From assembly GCA_041589175.1 (NCBI GenBank), contig JBFHWF010000006.1, positions 1 through 61,796 on the forward strand: a stretch of 61,796 nucleotides of DNA, given 5' to 3'. The notes under the pieces were generated by a model. That model was given only the letters and a program-made list of their open reading frames with translations. It had not been told where the DNA came from and ran no database searches. The first letter of the stretch is position 1; every line of letters begins with the position of its first letter. The DNA comes from Gammaproteobacteria bacterium. GTDB lineage: Bacteria; Pseudomonadota; Gammaproteobacteria; SZUA-229. Below are positions 39,362 to 48,528 of this stretch, piece by piece. The position numbers were made by a program, and so were the translations under genes.

Positions 39362-40170
39362 TTAACAGGCCCAGACAGAAAACGGTTAATATCCGCATAA
39401 TATTGCGGATATAGCTGGATGGTATTGTGTCCAGCATCCGCGTATATGTGTCTGATTGTCTGCGCCGGTGCATTCGTCAGCAGCCGCTGAAGCGAACTTT
39501 GCGGAACAACTTCATCCCTGCCAGCTGCCAGAATCAGTATCGGGACATTAACAGATGCCAGTTTCTCAGCGGTATCAAATCGATATTTTAATAAAGCTTC
39601 AACAGGAAATACCCGGTAGTGGAACTTTGCTACCGATGCCAGACTATCAAATGGTGTCGACAGTATGATCCCGAACACCTTCCTGTTCAAAGCAACATGT
39701 ACCGCAACCGCTGCACCCAGGCTTCTCCCCATCACGATCAGCTGTTCGGGGGACACCTTTTTTTCTGCCACAATAGCATCATAGGCCGCCAGCCCCATGG
39801 CATACAGGCTCTGCTCATCAGCCGATCCCTGTGAATGACCATAGCCTGGATAATTAACACTAAATACCCGACTGACGTTAAATTCAGCGGCTTCGAAATT
39901 CATATACACAGCATCTTCGGCATTCCCGCCAAAATACAGTAACACTTTGCTATTCGTTTTTTGCACGGGAATATCCCATGCCTGCATCTGCCATTCACCA
40001 GACTGAAAACTCCAGCTATGGTTGGCATGTGTTTCATATAAGGGCAGGTTCTGGGGAGGTGCCAGAAAAATCATCCGTCCCTGTAGCAGAAACAGAAACA
40101 GGCACACCAGAAGGTATACCGACACCACATACATCAGAACATTCAGCATGGCTCGCAGGGGACTATCCAT
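39358..40170 (-). CDS. Alpha/beta hydrolase with N-terminal TM helix (ABHD13/17-like)
   Basis: YFGGNAE, NYPGYGHS, GRSLG nucleophile, RDEVVP, AGHN. Confidence 0.88.
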   Translation of the reverse strand: MDSPLRAMLNVLMYVVSVYLLVCLFLFLLQGRMIFLAPPQNLPLYETHANHSWSFQSGEWQMQAWDIPVQKTNSKVLLYFGGNAEDAVYMNFEAAEFNVSRVFSVNYPGYGHSQGSADEQSLYAMGLAAYDAIVAEKKVSPEQLIVMGRSLGAAVAVHVALNRKVFGIILSTPFDSLASVAKFHYRVFPVEALLKYRFDTAEKLASVNVPILILAAGRDEVVPQSSLQRLLTNAPAQTIRHIYADAGHNTIQLYPQYYADINRFLSGPVN

Positions 40171-40250
40171 AACAGGTGGTTTTTATTCGCAGGGCTAATA
40201 ATGTCATAATAGCCTGATTATCTGATAACACCTTACATCGAATCACCCTT

Positions 40251-42944
40251 ATGGCAAAAAAACCTCCTCTGATTCTCGTCGACGGCTCTTCCTATCTGTT
40301 CCGGGCTTTTCATGCATTACCTCCGTTAACATCATCCAGGGGGCAGCCAACAGGTGCGATATATGGTGTCATCAATATGCTGAAGAAACTGGTCGATGAA
40401 TACCAGCCGGAGATGATCGGCGTGGTTTTCGACGCCAAGGGAAAAACCTTTCGCAACGATATGTATCCGGAATACAAGGCACATCGCCCACCCATGCCCG
40501 ATGACCTGCGCTCACAGATAGAACCCATTCATCAGCTGGTCGATGCACTGGGTTACATGCGCATTGTCGAACCCGGCGTCGAGGCTGATGATGTCATTGG
40601 CACCTTGGCAAAGCGCGCGGCTGAGCAGGGTTACAAAGTCCTCATTTCAACCGGCGATAAAGACCTCGCCCAACTGGTAACCGATGACATAACACTCATC
40701 AATACCATGAACAATACTCTGAGCACACCTGAGTCGGTAAAAGACAAATTTGGTATACCCGCTGAACAGATTATCGATTACCTGGCGCTGATTGGCGACA
40801 CTGCAGACAATATACCCGGCGTACCAAAAGTTGGCCCAAAAACCGCAGTCAAATGGTTAACACAGTACGAGTCCGTCGAAAATATTATCCATCATGCCGA
40901 TGAGTTTAAAGGCAAGGTGGGTGAATACCTGAGAGATAGCCTGGAGCAGTTACCACTTTCCTATAAACTTGCGACAATCGCCTGCGATCTTGATCTTGGT
41001 ATCGAAATTGATCAACTTCAACGCAAGTCCGCCGATACAGAAACACTACTTAATCTTTACCGTGAATTTGAACTCAAGAATTTTCTTGCCGAACTGGATA
41101 GCGGTGATACAGCGAATGCTGATCAATCTCTATCCATAGAAACCGAATATCAAATCATACTAGATAAAAAAAGTTTTAATGCCTGGCTTAAAAAACTTAA
41201 ATCCGCGACCTGTTTTGCCTTCGACACGGAAACGACCAGTCTTAATTATATGCAGGCACGTGTCGTGGGTGTTTCATTTTCTGTCAAACCAGGTGAGGCG
41301 GCTTATGTTCCTTTTGCCCACGACTACGAAGATGCGCCACAACAGCTCGATAAAGACTTCGTTCTCGATTCGTTAAAGCCCATACTTGAAAACTCCAGGC
41401 AGGTCATCGTGGGTCAGAATCTGAAATATGATATTCATGTATTGCAGAATCACGGTATTTACATGAAGAATATTCTGGGCGATACCCTGCTCGCATCTTA
41501 TGTACTCGATTCGACTGGCCGCCATGATATGGATAGCCTGGCTTCACGCTATCTTGGCGTTGATACAATTCACTACGAAGATATTGCAGGTAAAGGTGCA
41601 AAGCAGCTGAGCTTTAACCAGGTAGCACTGCAAGAGGCGGGTCCTTATGCAGCGGAAGATGCGGATATCAGTTTGCGACTATACCATCACCTGATTGATG
41701 AGCTGGATAAAATTCCCAGCCTGAAAAACGTTTATCAGGATATCGAATTACCTCTGATGCCCGTCATACAGCACATTGAACGTAATGGCGTTAAAGTTGA
41801 TGCTGACATGCTTGCACAACAGAGTCAGCAGATTACTGAACGTCTTGGCGAACTCGAAACTGAAGCCTTTACCATTGCCGGCGAAGAATTTAATCTGGGT
41901 TCTCCAAAACAGATTCAGGCTATTTTTTTCGATAAACTCGAATTACCTGTAATACGCAAAACCCCTAAGGGGCAACCATCCACCGCGGAAGATGTATTAC
42001 AGGAACTGGCAGAAGACTACGAACTTCCACGCATTATTCTTGAGCATCGCGGCCTGAGTAAACTCAAGTCTACCTATACCGATAAACTTCCCGGGCAGAT
42101 TAATCCTGACACCGGGCGCGTCCATACCAGCTATCATCAAACCGGTGCAGCAACCGGTCGCATGTCATCCAGTGATCCCAACTTGCAGAACATACCCATT
42201 CGTTCACAGGAAGGGCGCCGTATTCGTCAGGCATTTATTGCAGGAGAGGGTAGAAGCATACTTGCTGCAGATTATTCTCAAATTGAACTTAGAATCATGG
42301 CACACCTTTCCGGTGATAAAGGCCTGCTTGATGCATTCCGTGAAGGACGTGACATTCATCGTGCAACCGCAGCCGAAGTATTCGAGGTCGCACTCGATGA
42401 TGTTGAAGCAGAGCAGCGGCGTGCCGCCAAGGCAATCAACTTTGGCCTGATCTATGGCATGTCCGCATTTGGTCTTGCCAAGCAACTCGGTGTCACTCGA
42501 TACCAGGCACAGGATTATATTGATCTGTATTTCGAGCGCTATCCCGGCGTACTCGATTACATGGAGCGCACACGTGAACAGGCTCATAATGATGGCTATG
42601 TGGAAACCCTGTTTGGTCGTCGCCTGTATCTACCGGAAATCAATTCCCGCAATGGTCAACGCCGACAGTATGCCGAGCGTACCGCAATCAATGCCCCCAT
42701 GCAGGGAACGGCAGCTGATATTATCAAGCGCGCAATGATCCGCGTCTATCACACCCTTCAGTCTGCATCACTCGATGCACTCATGGTTATGCAGGTACAT
42801 GATGAGCTGGTGTTTGAAGTTGCCAATGATGACCTGGGTGCACTGCGTAAACTGCTTAAAACAGAAATGGAATCAGCGGCAGAACTCAGTGTGCCATTAC
42901 TGGTTGATATGGGTGATGGTAAAAACTGGGATGAGGCACACTAG
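40251..42944 (+). CDS. polA: DNA polymerase I
   Basis: VDGSSYLFRAFHA 5' nuclease, FDTETT 3'-5' exonuclease, ADYSQIELR, KAINFGLIYG, QVHDEL. Confidence 0.98.
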   Translation: MAKKPPLILVDGSSYLFRAFHALPPLTSSRGQPTGAIYGVINMLKKLVDEYQPEMIGVVFDAKGKTFRNDMYPEYKAHRPPMPDDLRSQIEPIHQLVDALGYMRIVEPGVEADDVIGTLAKRAAEQGYKVLISTGDKDLAQLVTDDITLINTMNNTLSTPESVKDKFGIPAEQIIDYLALIGDTADNIPGVPKVGPKTAVKWLTQYESVENIIHHADEFKGKVGEYLRDSLEQLPLSYKLATIACDLDLGIEIDQLQRKSADTETLLNLYREFELKNFLAELDSGDTANADQSLSIETEYQIILDKKSFNAWLKKLKSATCFAFDTETTSLNYMQARVVGVSFSVKPGEAAYVPFAHDYEDAPQQLDKDFVLDSLKPILENSRQVIVGQNLKYDIHVLQNHGIYMKNILGDTLLASYVLDSTGRHDMDSLASRYLGVDTIHYEDIAGKGAKQLSFNQVALQEAGPYAAEDADISLRLYHHLIDELDKIPSLKNVYQDIELPLMPVIQHIERNGVKVDADMLAQQSQQITERLGELETEAFTIAGEEFNLGSPKQIQAIFFDKLELPVIRKTPKGQPSTAEDVLQELAEDYELPRIILEHRGLSKLKSTYTDKLPGQINPDTGRVHTSYHQTGAATGRMSSSDPNLQNIPIRSQEGRRIRQAFIAGEGRSILAADYSQIELRIMAHLSGDKGLLDAFREGRDIHRATAAEVFEVALDDVEAEQRRAAKAINFGLIYGMSAFGLAKQLGVTRYQAQDYIDLYFERYPGVLDYMERTREQAHNDGYVETLFGRRLYLPEINSRNGQRRQYAERTAINAPMQGTAADIIKRAMIRVYHTLQSASLDALMVMQVHDELVFEVANDDLGALRKLLKTEMESAAELSVPLLVDMGDGKNWDEAH

Positions 42945-43169
42945 CATGAAACAACCCGACGAGCTGTCATTTTTTTGCTGATTGCCCACTACGACGACCG
43001 ACAAAAATAAAAATCTGATCAATAACAGGTATATAGCTAGCTATGCTGAGTCATGCATCAACTATGATGGGGTTTTCACCCGGCCTGTTTATGAAATATC
43101 ACTGCCTATTTCTTAGCCACTCGTCGACTCTGCTTTGACTTATGCGGGGATTGTTCTTTACTTAAATTC

Positions 43170-43307
43170 AAGCAATGACAGTTTTTTGAATTGCGCTAAA
43201 GCCCGGCGCAAGCTCGCTTGCCTCCCTGAGCGAGCATCTTGAGAGAGGCCTCCCCAAGCCGATCTCTATATTCCCCCCGACCACATCCCTAGTGGCCGGG
43301 GTTTTTT
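43170..43307 (+). ncRNA. Candidate polA-associated small RNA with C-rich (UCCC) loops
   Basis: Four consecutive hairpins at 43191-43301, three with UCCC loops, the last followed by a U tract; TTGACT at 43135; 5' end is a guess. Confidence 0.6.
43275..43307 (+). terminator. Intrinsic terminator of the candidate sRNA
   Basis: CCCCGACCAC-ATCCCTA-GTGGCCGGGG followed by TTTTTT. Confidence 0.8.
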
Positions 43308-43359
43308 GTTTATGATCGCCGCTAACCCTAAGTGAATCTCAACCAACCTGCAAGTACCG

Positions 43360-43983
43360 TCAGGCACTTTCATCCTGAGTGCCAAACTCAAACCAGTCAT
43401 CAAGCACTTTTTTAAGTTCATTCACGCCGGTTTTTTTCAGTGCCGAAAACGGCTGCACACTTGCTACATAGCCGGCCTCCTTAATCGCCTTCCTGACGTA
43501 CATCACCTGTTGACTGGCAGCACCTGTCTTTAACTTATCGGCCTTGGTTAGCAGGATATGAACGGGGGTCCCCATATAGTCACACCATTGCAACATCTGC
43601 AAATCATATTCCTTGAGTGGATGGCGAATATCCATAATGATGATCAGGCCTTTCAACTGAGGCCGCTTACTCAGGTAAGACTCCATCAACTGCTGCCACT
43701 CACGACGCATATTTTCTGGCACCTTCGCATAGCCATAGCCCGGCAAGTCCACCAGGCTCCGACCCTGATCATCGATTGTAAAGAAATTGATCAGCTGTGT
43801 CCGACCCGGTGTTTTACTGGTTCGGGCAAGGGCCTTCTGCTCACACAGGGTATTGATCGCACTGGATTTTCCAGCATTAGAGCGCCCGGCAAAAGCTACT
43901 TCGGACAGGCTATCCTCGGGTAGTTGGGACGTGCGGCTGGCGCTGGTCAGAAAGCTCGCCTGACGGTATGGGTTGGCACTCAT
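43360..43983 (-). CDS. engB: Ribosome biogenesis GTPase YihA/EngB
   Basis: GRSNAGKSS, SKTPGRTQLINFF, DLPGYGYA, TKADK. Confidence 0.96.
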   Translation of the reverse strand: MSANPYRQASFLTSASRTSQLPEDSLSEVAFAGRSNAGKSSAINTLCEQKALARTSKTPGRTQLINFFTIDDQGRSLVDLPGYGYAKVPENMRREWQQLMESYLSKRPQLKGLIIIMDIRHPLKEYDLQMLQWCDYMGTPVHILLTKADKLKTGAASQQVMYVRKAIKEAGYVASVQPFSALKKTGVNELKKVLDDWFEFGTQDESA

Positions 43984-44103
43984 CATAATCACCAATAAAC
44001 CTATGTTATATACAGGGTTTGATTAAATCAGGCGGATATTACCAATCTTGACCCAACACGGCGATGATTCGACATGATTTTCTTGCAAAACCCCCCCTCA
44101 AAA

Positions 44104-44132
44104 TTGCTGAAAGGGGCGATCTGGTGTAGACT
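44104..44132 (+). promoter_or_regulatory. Putative sigma-70 promoter for cytochrome c4
   Basis: TTGCTG-17 bp-TAGACT. Confidence 0.45.
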
Positions 44133-44233
44133 TGCGCCACTTTTCGCCCTCGATCGAATTATGCTCGATCATGGCAAACACTCTTTCAAGGGCCAGCTAG
44201 CCTGGCAATAGTATCGTTTGGAGATGACAAACA

Positions 44234-44845
44234 ATGAATTTCAAATCACTGATGGCAATCTTTGGTCTGGCTTTTGGCCTGAATGCTACAGCGACTGCGG
44301 CTGATCTGGCAGCTGGTGAAGCCACTGCTGGCGCTATCTGTGCAGGTTGCCACATGCCTGATGGCAACAGCGTAGTAGAAATGTTCCCCAAGCTGGCAGG
44401 TCAGCACGCACAATACATTGCCAAGCAATTAAACGATTACAAGAGCGGTGCTCGTAAAGATGACACCATGACTGGCATGGCAGCAACGCTGGCAACTGAT
44501 GAAGACGTCGCCAATGTTTCTGCTTTCTTTGCCAGCAAGAAGGCGACTCCAGCAGCTGCAGACGACAGCAAACTCGCACTGGGCAAAGACGTATACCGCG
44601 GTGGTAACATGGCGTCTGGCCTGCCAGCCTGTATGGGTTGCCACGGTCCTAACGGTACAGGTAACCCAACAGCCAAATTCCCTGCACTGGCTGGCCAGCA
44701 TGCCGCATACACTATCAAACAGCTGCAGATGTTCCGTGATGGCAGCCGCAATAACGATAGCAACAGGATGATGCAGAACGTTGCTGCCAAGATGACAGAC
44801 GCGGAAATCGAAGCGGTCGCTAACTATCTTGCTCAAATGCAGTAA
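44234..44845 (+). CDS. Diheme cytochrome c4
   Basis: Signal peptide, CAGCH and CMGCH, two FP.LAGQHA.Y repeats; engB-c4-dsbA synteny. Confidence 0.93.
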   Translation: MNFKSLMAIFGLAFGLNATATAADLAAGEATAGAICAGCHMPDGNSVVEMFPKLAGQHAQYIAKQLNDYKSGARKDDTMTGMAATLATDEDVANVSAFFASKKATPAAADDSKLALGKDVYRGGNMASGLPACMGCHGPNGTGNPTAKFPALAGQHAAYTIKQLQMFRDGSRNNDSNRMMQNVAAKMTDAEIEAVANYLAQMQ

Positions 44846-44872
44846 TCTGGCGAGTTTCGCAGAAAGCATCAT

Positions 44873-44899
44873 AAAAAGGCTGCTCTGGCAGCCTTTTTT
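44873..44899 (+). terminator. Intrinsic terminator after cytochrome c4
   Basis: AAAAAGGCTGC-TCTG-GCAGCCTTTTTT. Confidence 0.85.
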
Positions 44900-44991
44900 A
44901 TTTGTCTCAATCACTGGTGATTCATATAATCTAGCCAGAAACTGAATTATCTAGCCCTGCAGGGGTCATATAAAAAACACTGGGGAACCCT

Positions 44992-45618
44992 ATGAATCTG
45001 TTCAGAAAACTGTCCGTGCTGGCAATGTTGTGCCTGTTAAGTTTTAACCTACAGGCCAGAGACTATACGCCTGGTAAACACTATACCGTGCTGGATAAGC
45101 CCGTACCCACACAGACGGGTGATAAGATCGAGGTTCTTGAGTTTTTCTGGTATGGCTGCCCACACTGCTTCAGCTTTGAGCCTACCCTGAAAAAGTGGAA
45201 ACAGACCCTGCCTGAAAAAGTGCAGTTCATACGTATGCCCGCACCTCTGAACCCTCGCTGGATGGTACATACCAAGGCCTACTATACACTGGACTCCATG
45301 GGCGAAATCGAAAAGCATCATGATGCGATTTTCAATGCTATGCATGTTAAACGTAAGCGAATTCTTGATAAGGATTCGGTTGCTGATTTTCTCGCTGAAC
45401 GTGGTGTAAATCAGGACAGCTTCCTGTCTAACTTCGACTCATTCGCTATCGATATGCGTGCCAGACAGGCGATGCAGATTGGTCAACAATATAACTTACA
45501 CGGTGTTCCAGCACTTACCGTTAATGGTAAATATATTATTTCCGCAGAGCAGGCCGGTAGTTATCAGGCGATGGTCGATATTGCCGACTACCTGATTAAA
45601 CTCGAATCCAGCAAATAA
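44992..45618 (+). CDS. dsbA: Thiol:disulfide oxidoreductase DsbA
   Basis: Signal peptide, EFFWYGCPHC, GVPALTVNGKY (cis-Pro). Confidence 0.95.
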   Translation: MNLFRKLSVLAMLCLLSFNLQARDYTPGKHYTVLDKPVPTQTGDKIEVLEFFWYGCPHCFSFEPTLKKWKQTLPEKVQFIRMPAPLNPRWMVHTKAYYTLDSMGEIEKHHDAIFNAMHVKRKRILDKDSVADFLAERGVNQDSFLSNFDSFAIDMRARQAMQIGQQYNLHGVPALTVNGKYIISAEQAGSYQAMVDIADYLIKLESSK

Positions 45619-45737
45619 TACCTTCTTCTCAAGCCGCCCCCTCTGCCGAGGGGCGGCTGATTGCAAGCCCATAACATATCGTTGATAAAATAGCCCGGGG
45701 CTTGCTTGTGACACCCGGATTCACAGACTATATTCAT

Positions 45738-45765
45738 AAGGGAGCCCGTTCGGGTTCCCTTTTTT
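45738..45765 (+). terminator. Intrinsic terminator-like hairpin between dsbA and the DGC gene
   Basis: AAGGGAGCCCG-TT-CGGGTTCCC followed by TTTTTT. Confidence 0.7.
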
Positions 45766-45794
45766 ATTGGCTATCTTCCGGGGTAAGCAGGTGT

Positions 45795-47705
45795 ATGTCA
45801 GCAAATGGTCAGGACATTGAGCAGTGGAAACAGAAATATTACGACCAGCTTGACCAGCTCGAACAGAAGGAGCAGGAATGGGATTCAGTTGAAACCCTGC
45901 TAAAACGAGCAATCAGCCGGCTCAGCCTGGCAGCAGAGGGGCAGAACAAAAAGCTGGATCAGCAGCTGGAGCAGTTACGCCAGTCAGTACGCAATCAGCT
46001 CAATATTACGCGCCTGGAACGACTGGTCGATGAATTATCAGAATCGATCAGCAAACTCGAAGAGCGTAGCAGCGGTGCAGGAAGGCAGGTCATTACCGCT
46101 CTGCAACAACTCATCAACAGTTTACAATTTCCGGATTCGCTTGATAAAAGTCTGAATAAGCTTAAAAAGCAGATTGAAAAATCCACTGACGAACACCTGG
46201 ATACGATCATCGATGATATTACAGGTATCATTCAGTCGAGTATGCCATCTGATAATGACAGCGATAGCGAAAAAAACAGTGGGCTACTCGGTAAACTCTT
46301 TAATAAAGCCAGTCATGCGGATACCGATACGACTGGAACAGGCGATAGTCACCAGATTGAGGTCGATACCTACCGGCAGTGTCTGTTGCAGCTTATCGAT
46401 GCTGCCAATACTTCTTCCAGTCCTTCGGGGAAATTATCCAGCCTGCGTCTTGCTATTCATGATGCAGGTGACCTACAGGCATTGCACCGTCTCAATAATC
46501 AGCTGGCAGAATTATTAAAAACACACCCAACAACAACTAACGAGACAGGCAAAGCGCAATCAGAGCCAGATAACATCGATCACACTGATACAGCTGTCAA
46601 GATTACGCCTTCCAGCCCGATACAATCTGAGCCCGCATCATCAGTTATAACCTCACCAACTAGCGAACTCATGATTCAGCTGCTTGAAGAGCTAGTCGTG
46701 CCGGATGATATACAGTCTGAAGTCGATGAAATGAAACTGCGCCTTGAAGAACAGCAGGATCCAGACAACTGGACTGAGCTGTTACGCGAAATCGCAGGGC
46801 TGATTAATCGAATTCGGAGTCTGTTACAAAGAGAAAAACAGGATTTCGAAGCCTTCCTTCATCAGGTTACAGACCGTCTTAAAGCGATGGATGTTTTTCT
46901 GCAGAACGAATCTGAACAGCTACAGGTCGCTATCGAACAGGGCGATGCTTTTGATCTTAATTTCGATAATAGCGTGGCTGACATTCGCCAGGATATCAAT
47001 GCGTCAAATGACATCGATAGTTTAAAGCAGAAAGTTACACAACGACTCGACACTATTGGTCACCATATTAAACACTACCGCGATCAGGAGAGAGAACGTC
47101 AGTCAACTTCTCAGGAACAGGTTAGTCAGATGCAGGAGCGCATGCAGGCTCTTGAAAGCGAAACTATAAAGCTGAAGAAAATCGTTGTCGAAAAAAATAA
47201 ACAGGCCATGTTCGATACACTGACGGGTATTCCAAACCGGCTCGCCTTCGAGAAAAAAGTTGATGAAGAAATTGCACGCTGGAAGCGTTTCAACAATGAA
47301 TTAACCATGGCCGTCTGGGACATCGACTTTTTCAAGAAGGTTAATGATACTTATGGTCATAAAGCAGGCGATAAAGTCCTTAGAACTGTTGCCCAGTTAC
47401 TTGATAAACGCATCCGCACTACCGACTTTCTGGCACGCTATGGAGGTGAGGAGTTTGTCATGTTACTACCTGGCACTGCCGAGGACGATAGCCTGATCCT
47501 GCTCGACAAGCTCAGGCAGGATGTAGAAGGCTGTGGCTTTCACTACCATGGTAATGCCGTGACAATTACAGCTTCATGTGGCATTAGTCAGTTCAAAAGT
47601 GACGATGGTGTTAATCAGGTCTTCGAGCGTGCTGACCAGGCGCTGTACCATGCCAAGAAAAATGGGCGAAATCAGTGTGTTATAGCACCCTCTACCACTG
47701 AGTAA
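45795..47705 (+). CDS. Coiled-coil diguanylate cyclase (DgcP/PA5487-like by architecture and synteny)
   Basis: WKQKYYDQLDQLE N-terminus, long helical region, DIDFFKKVNDTYGHKAGD, RTTD I-site, RYGGEEF; start refined to ATG 45795. Confidence 0.88.
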   Translation: MSANGQDIEQWKQKYYDQLDQLEQKEQEWDSVETLLKRAISRLSLAAEGQNKKLDQQLEQLRQSVRNQLNITRLERLVDELSESISKLEERSSGAGRQVITALQQLINSLQFPDSLDKSLNKLKKQIEKSTDEHLDTIIDDITGIIQSSMPSDNDSDSEKNSGLLGKLFNKASHADTDTTGTGDSHQIEVDTYRQCLLQLIDAANTSSSPSGKLSSLRLAIHDAGDLQALHRLNNQLAELLKTHPTTTNETGKAQSEPDNIDHTDTAVKITPSSPIQSEPASSVITSPTSELMIQLLEELVVPDDIQSEVDEMKLRLEEQQDPDNWTELLREIAGLINRIRSLLQREKQDFEAFLHQVTDRLKAMDVFLQNESEQLQVAIEQGDAFDLNFDNSVADIRQDINASNDIDSLKQKVTQRLDTIGHHIKHYRDQERERQSTSQEQVSQMQERMQALESETIKLKKIVVEKNKQAMFDTLTGIPNRLAFEKKVDEEIARWKRFNNELTMAVWDIDFFKKVNDTYGHKAGDKVLRTVAQLLDKRIRTTDFLARYGGEEFVMLLPGTAEDDSLILLDKLRQDVEGCGFHYHGNAVTITASCGISQFKSDDGVNQVFERADQALYHAKKNGRNQCVIAPSTTE

Positions 47706-47872
47706 CTACCTGCTACTGCAATTTAGTCACTCACTTCGTTCCGCCATTAATAAACTTTCATTTATGTGAGCCAGGTTGTTGTACAGGTGGCTGCATATCA
47801 TTGATAAATCAGATCTTATCGGCTATGTTTATAAGATTCGTGAGATAATCAAACACAAAATGGAGAACCGCC

Positions 47873-48457
47873 ATGAATAAGGCATATTCCCTGATTATGG
47901 GCCTTTCAATGATTTCACTCCTGACTGCCTGTGGCGGCACAAAGCAGGAAGTCCCATCATGTGTCTTCCCGGATGCTCCTGGTACACCAGCGCCAGGCTG
48001 GGTATGTGATGAGCCTGTTGAAGGTATGTCTCTCTATGCTGTCGGTTCTGCAGAAAAATCTGGAGCCGGACATGATTTCATGAAAACCATGGCCGCTACC
48101 AACGCAAGAGTCGCGCTCGCGCAGAATATGAAAGTCCAGGTTCAGAATATGATCAAACAGTATGTTGAAACCACGGGTGCAGCTGAGTCTGAAACCGTAG
48201 ACAAGGTACTGACGTCGGTAACCAAACAGATCACCAATGAAACCCTGATAGGGAGCAGAATTTACAAAACCCGTAAAAGCCCCGGCGGTAGCCTGTATGT
48301 ATTACTGGGAATGGATGAATCAAGCGTACGCCAGGCTACCGAGAAAGCCCTTAAAACCAGCATGAAAAATGAGCAGGCTTTATGGCAACAATTCAAGGCA
48401 CAAAAAGGGCAGGACGAACTGGCTGCTGAAATTGCAAGAATGGGCAGTAGCCAATAA
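47873..48457 (+). CDS. LPP20-family lipoprotein
   Basis: Lipobox LLTAC, APGWVC, AVGSA, A...ARVALAQ, SKQIT-like segment; TTGATA-17 bp-TATGTT upstream (47801-47829). Confidence 0.78.
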   Translation: MNKAYSLIMGLSMISLLTACGGTKQEVPSCVFPDAPGTPAPGWVCDEPVEGMSLYAVGSAEKSGAGHDFMKTMAATNARVALAQNMKVQVQNMIKQYVETTGAAESETVDKVLTSVTKQITNETLIGSRIYKTRKSPGGSLYVLLGMDESSVRQATEKALKTSMKNEQALWQQFKAQKGQDELAAEIARMGSSQ

Positions 48458-48476
48458 GACGAACACATAATAAACC

Positions 48477-48492
48477 ATCACATGGATGTGAT
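48477..48492 (+). promoter_or_regulatory. Hairpin containing a CsrA/RsmA consensus site
   Basis: ATCACATGGATGTGAT contains ACAUGGAUGU, matching (A/U)CANGGANG(U/A). Confidence 0.45.
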
Positions 48493-48528
48493 ACCTGTCT
48501 ATCGACTTGAGCCGACACAGGTCAGTTT

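Noticed and set aside
42945-43000. Tiny ORF MKQPDELSFFC after polA
   Set aside because: Only 11 codons with no recognisable motif; cannot be supported
43170-43307. Direct assignment as Spot 42 (spf)
   Set aside because: Same locus, but I see no sequence resemblance to Spot 42; reported as a distinct candidate
45707-45725. TGTGA...TCACA as a CRP site
   Set aside because: Spacer is 9 bp rather than 6
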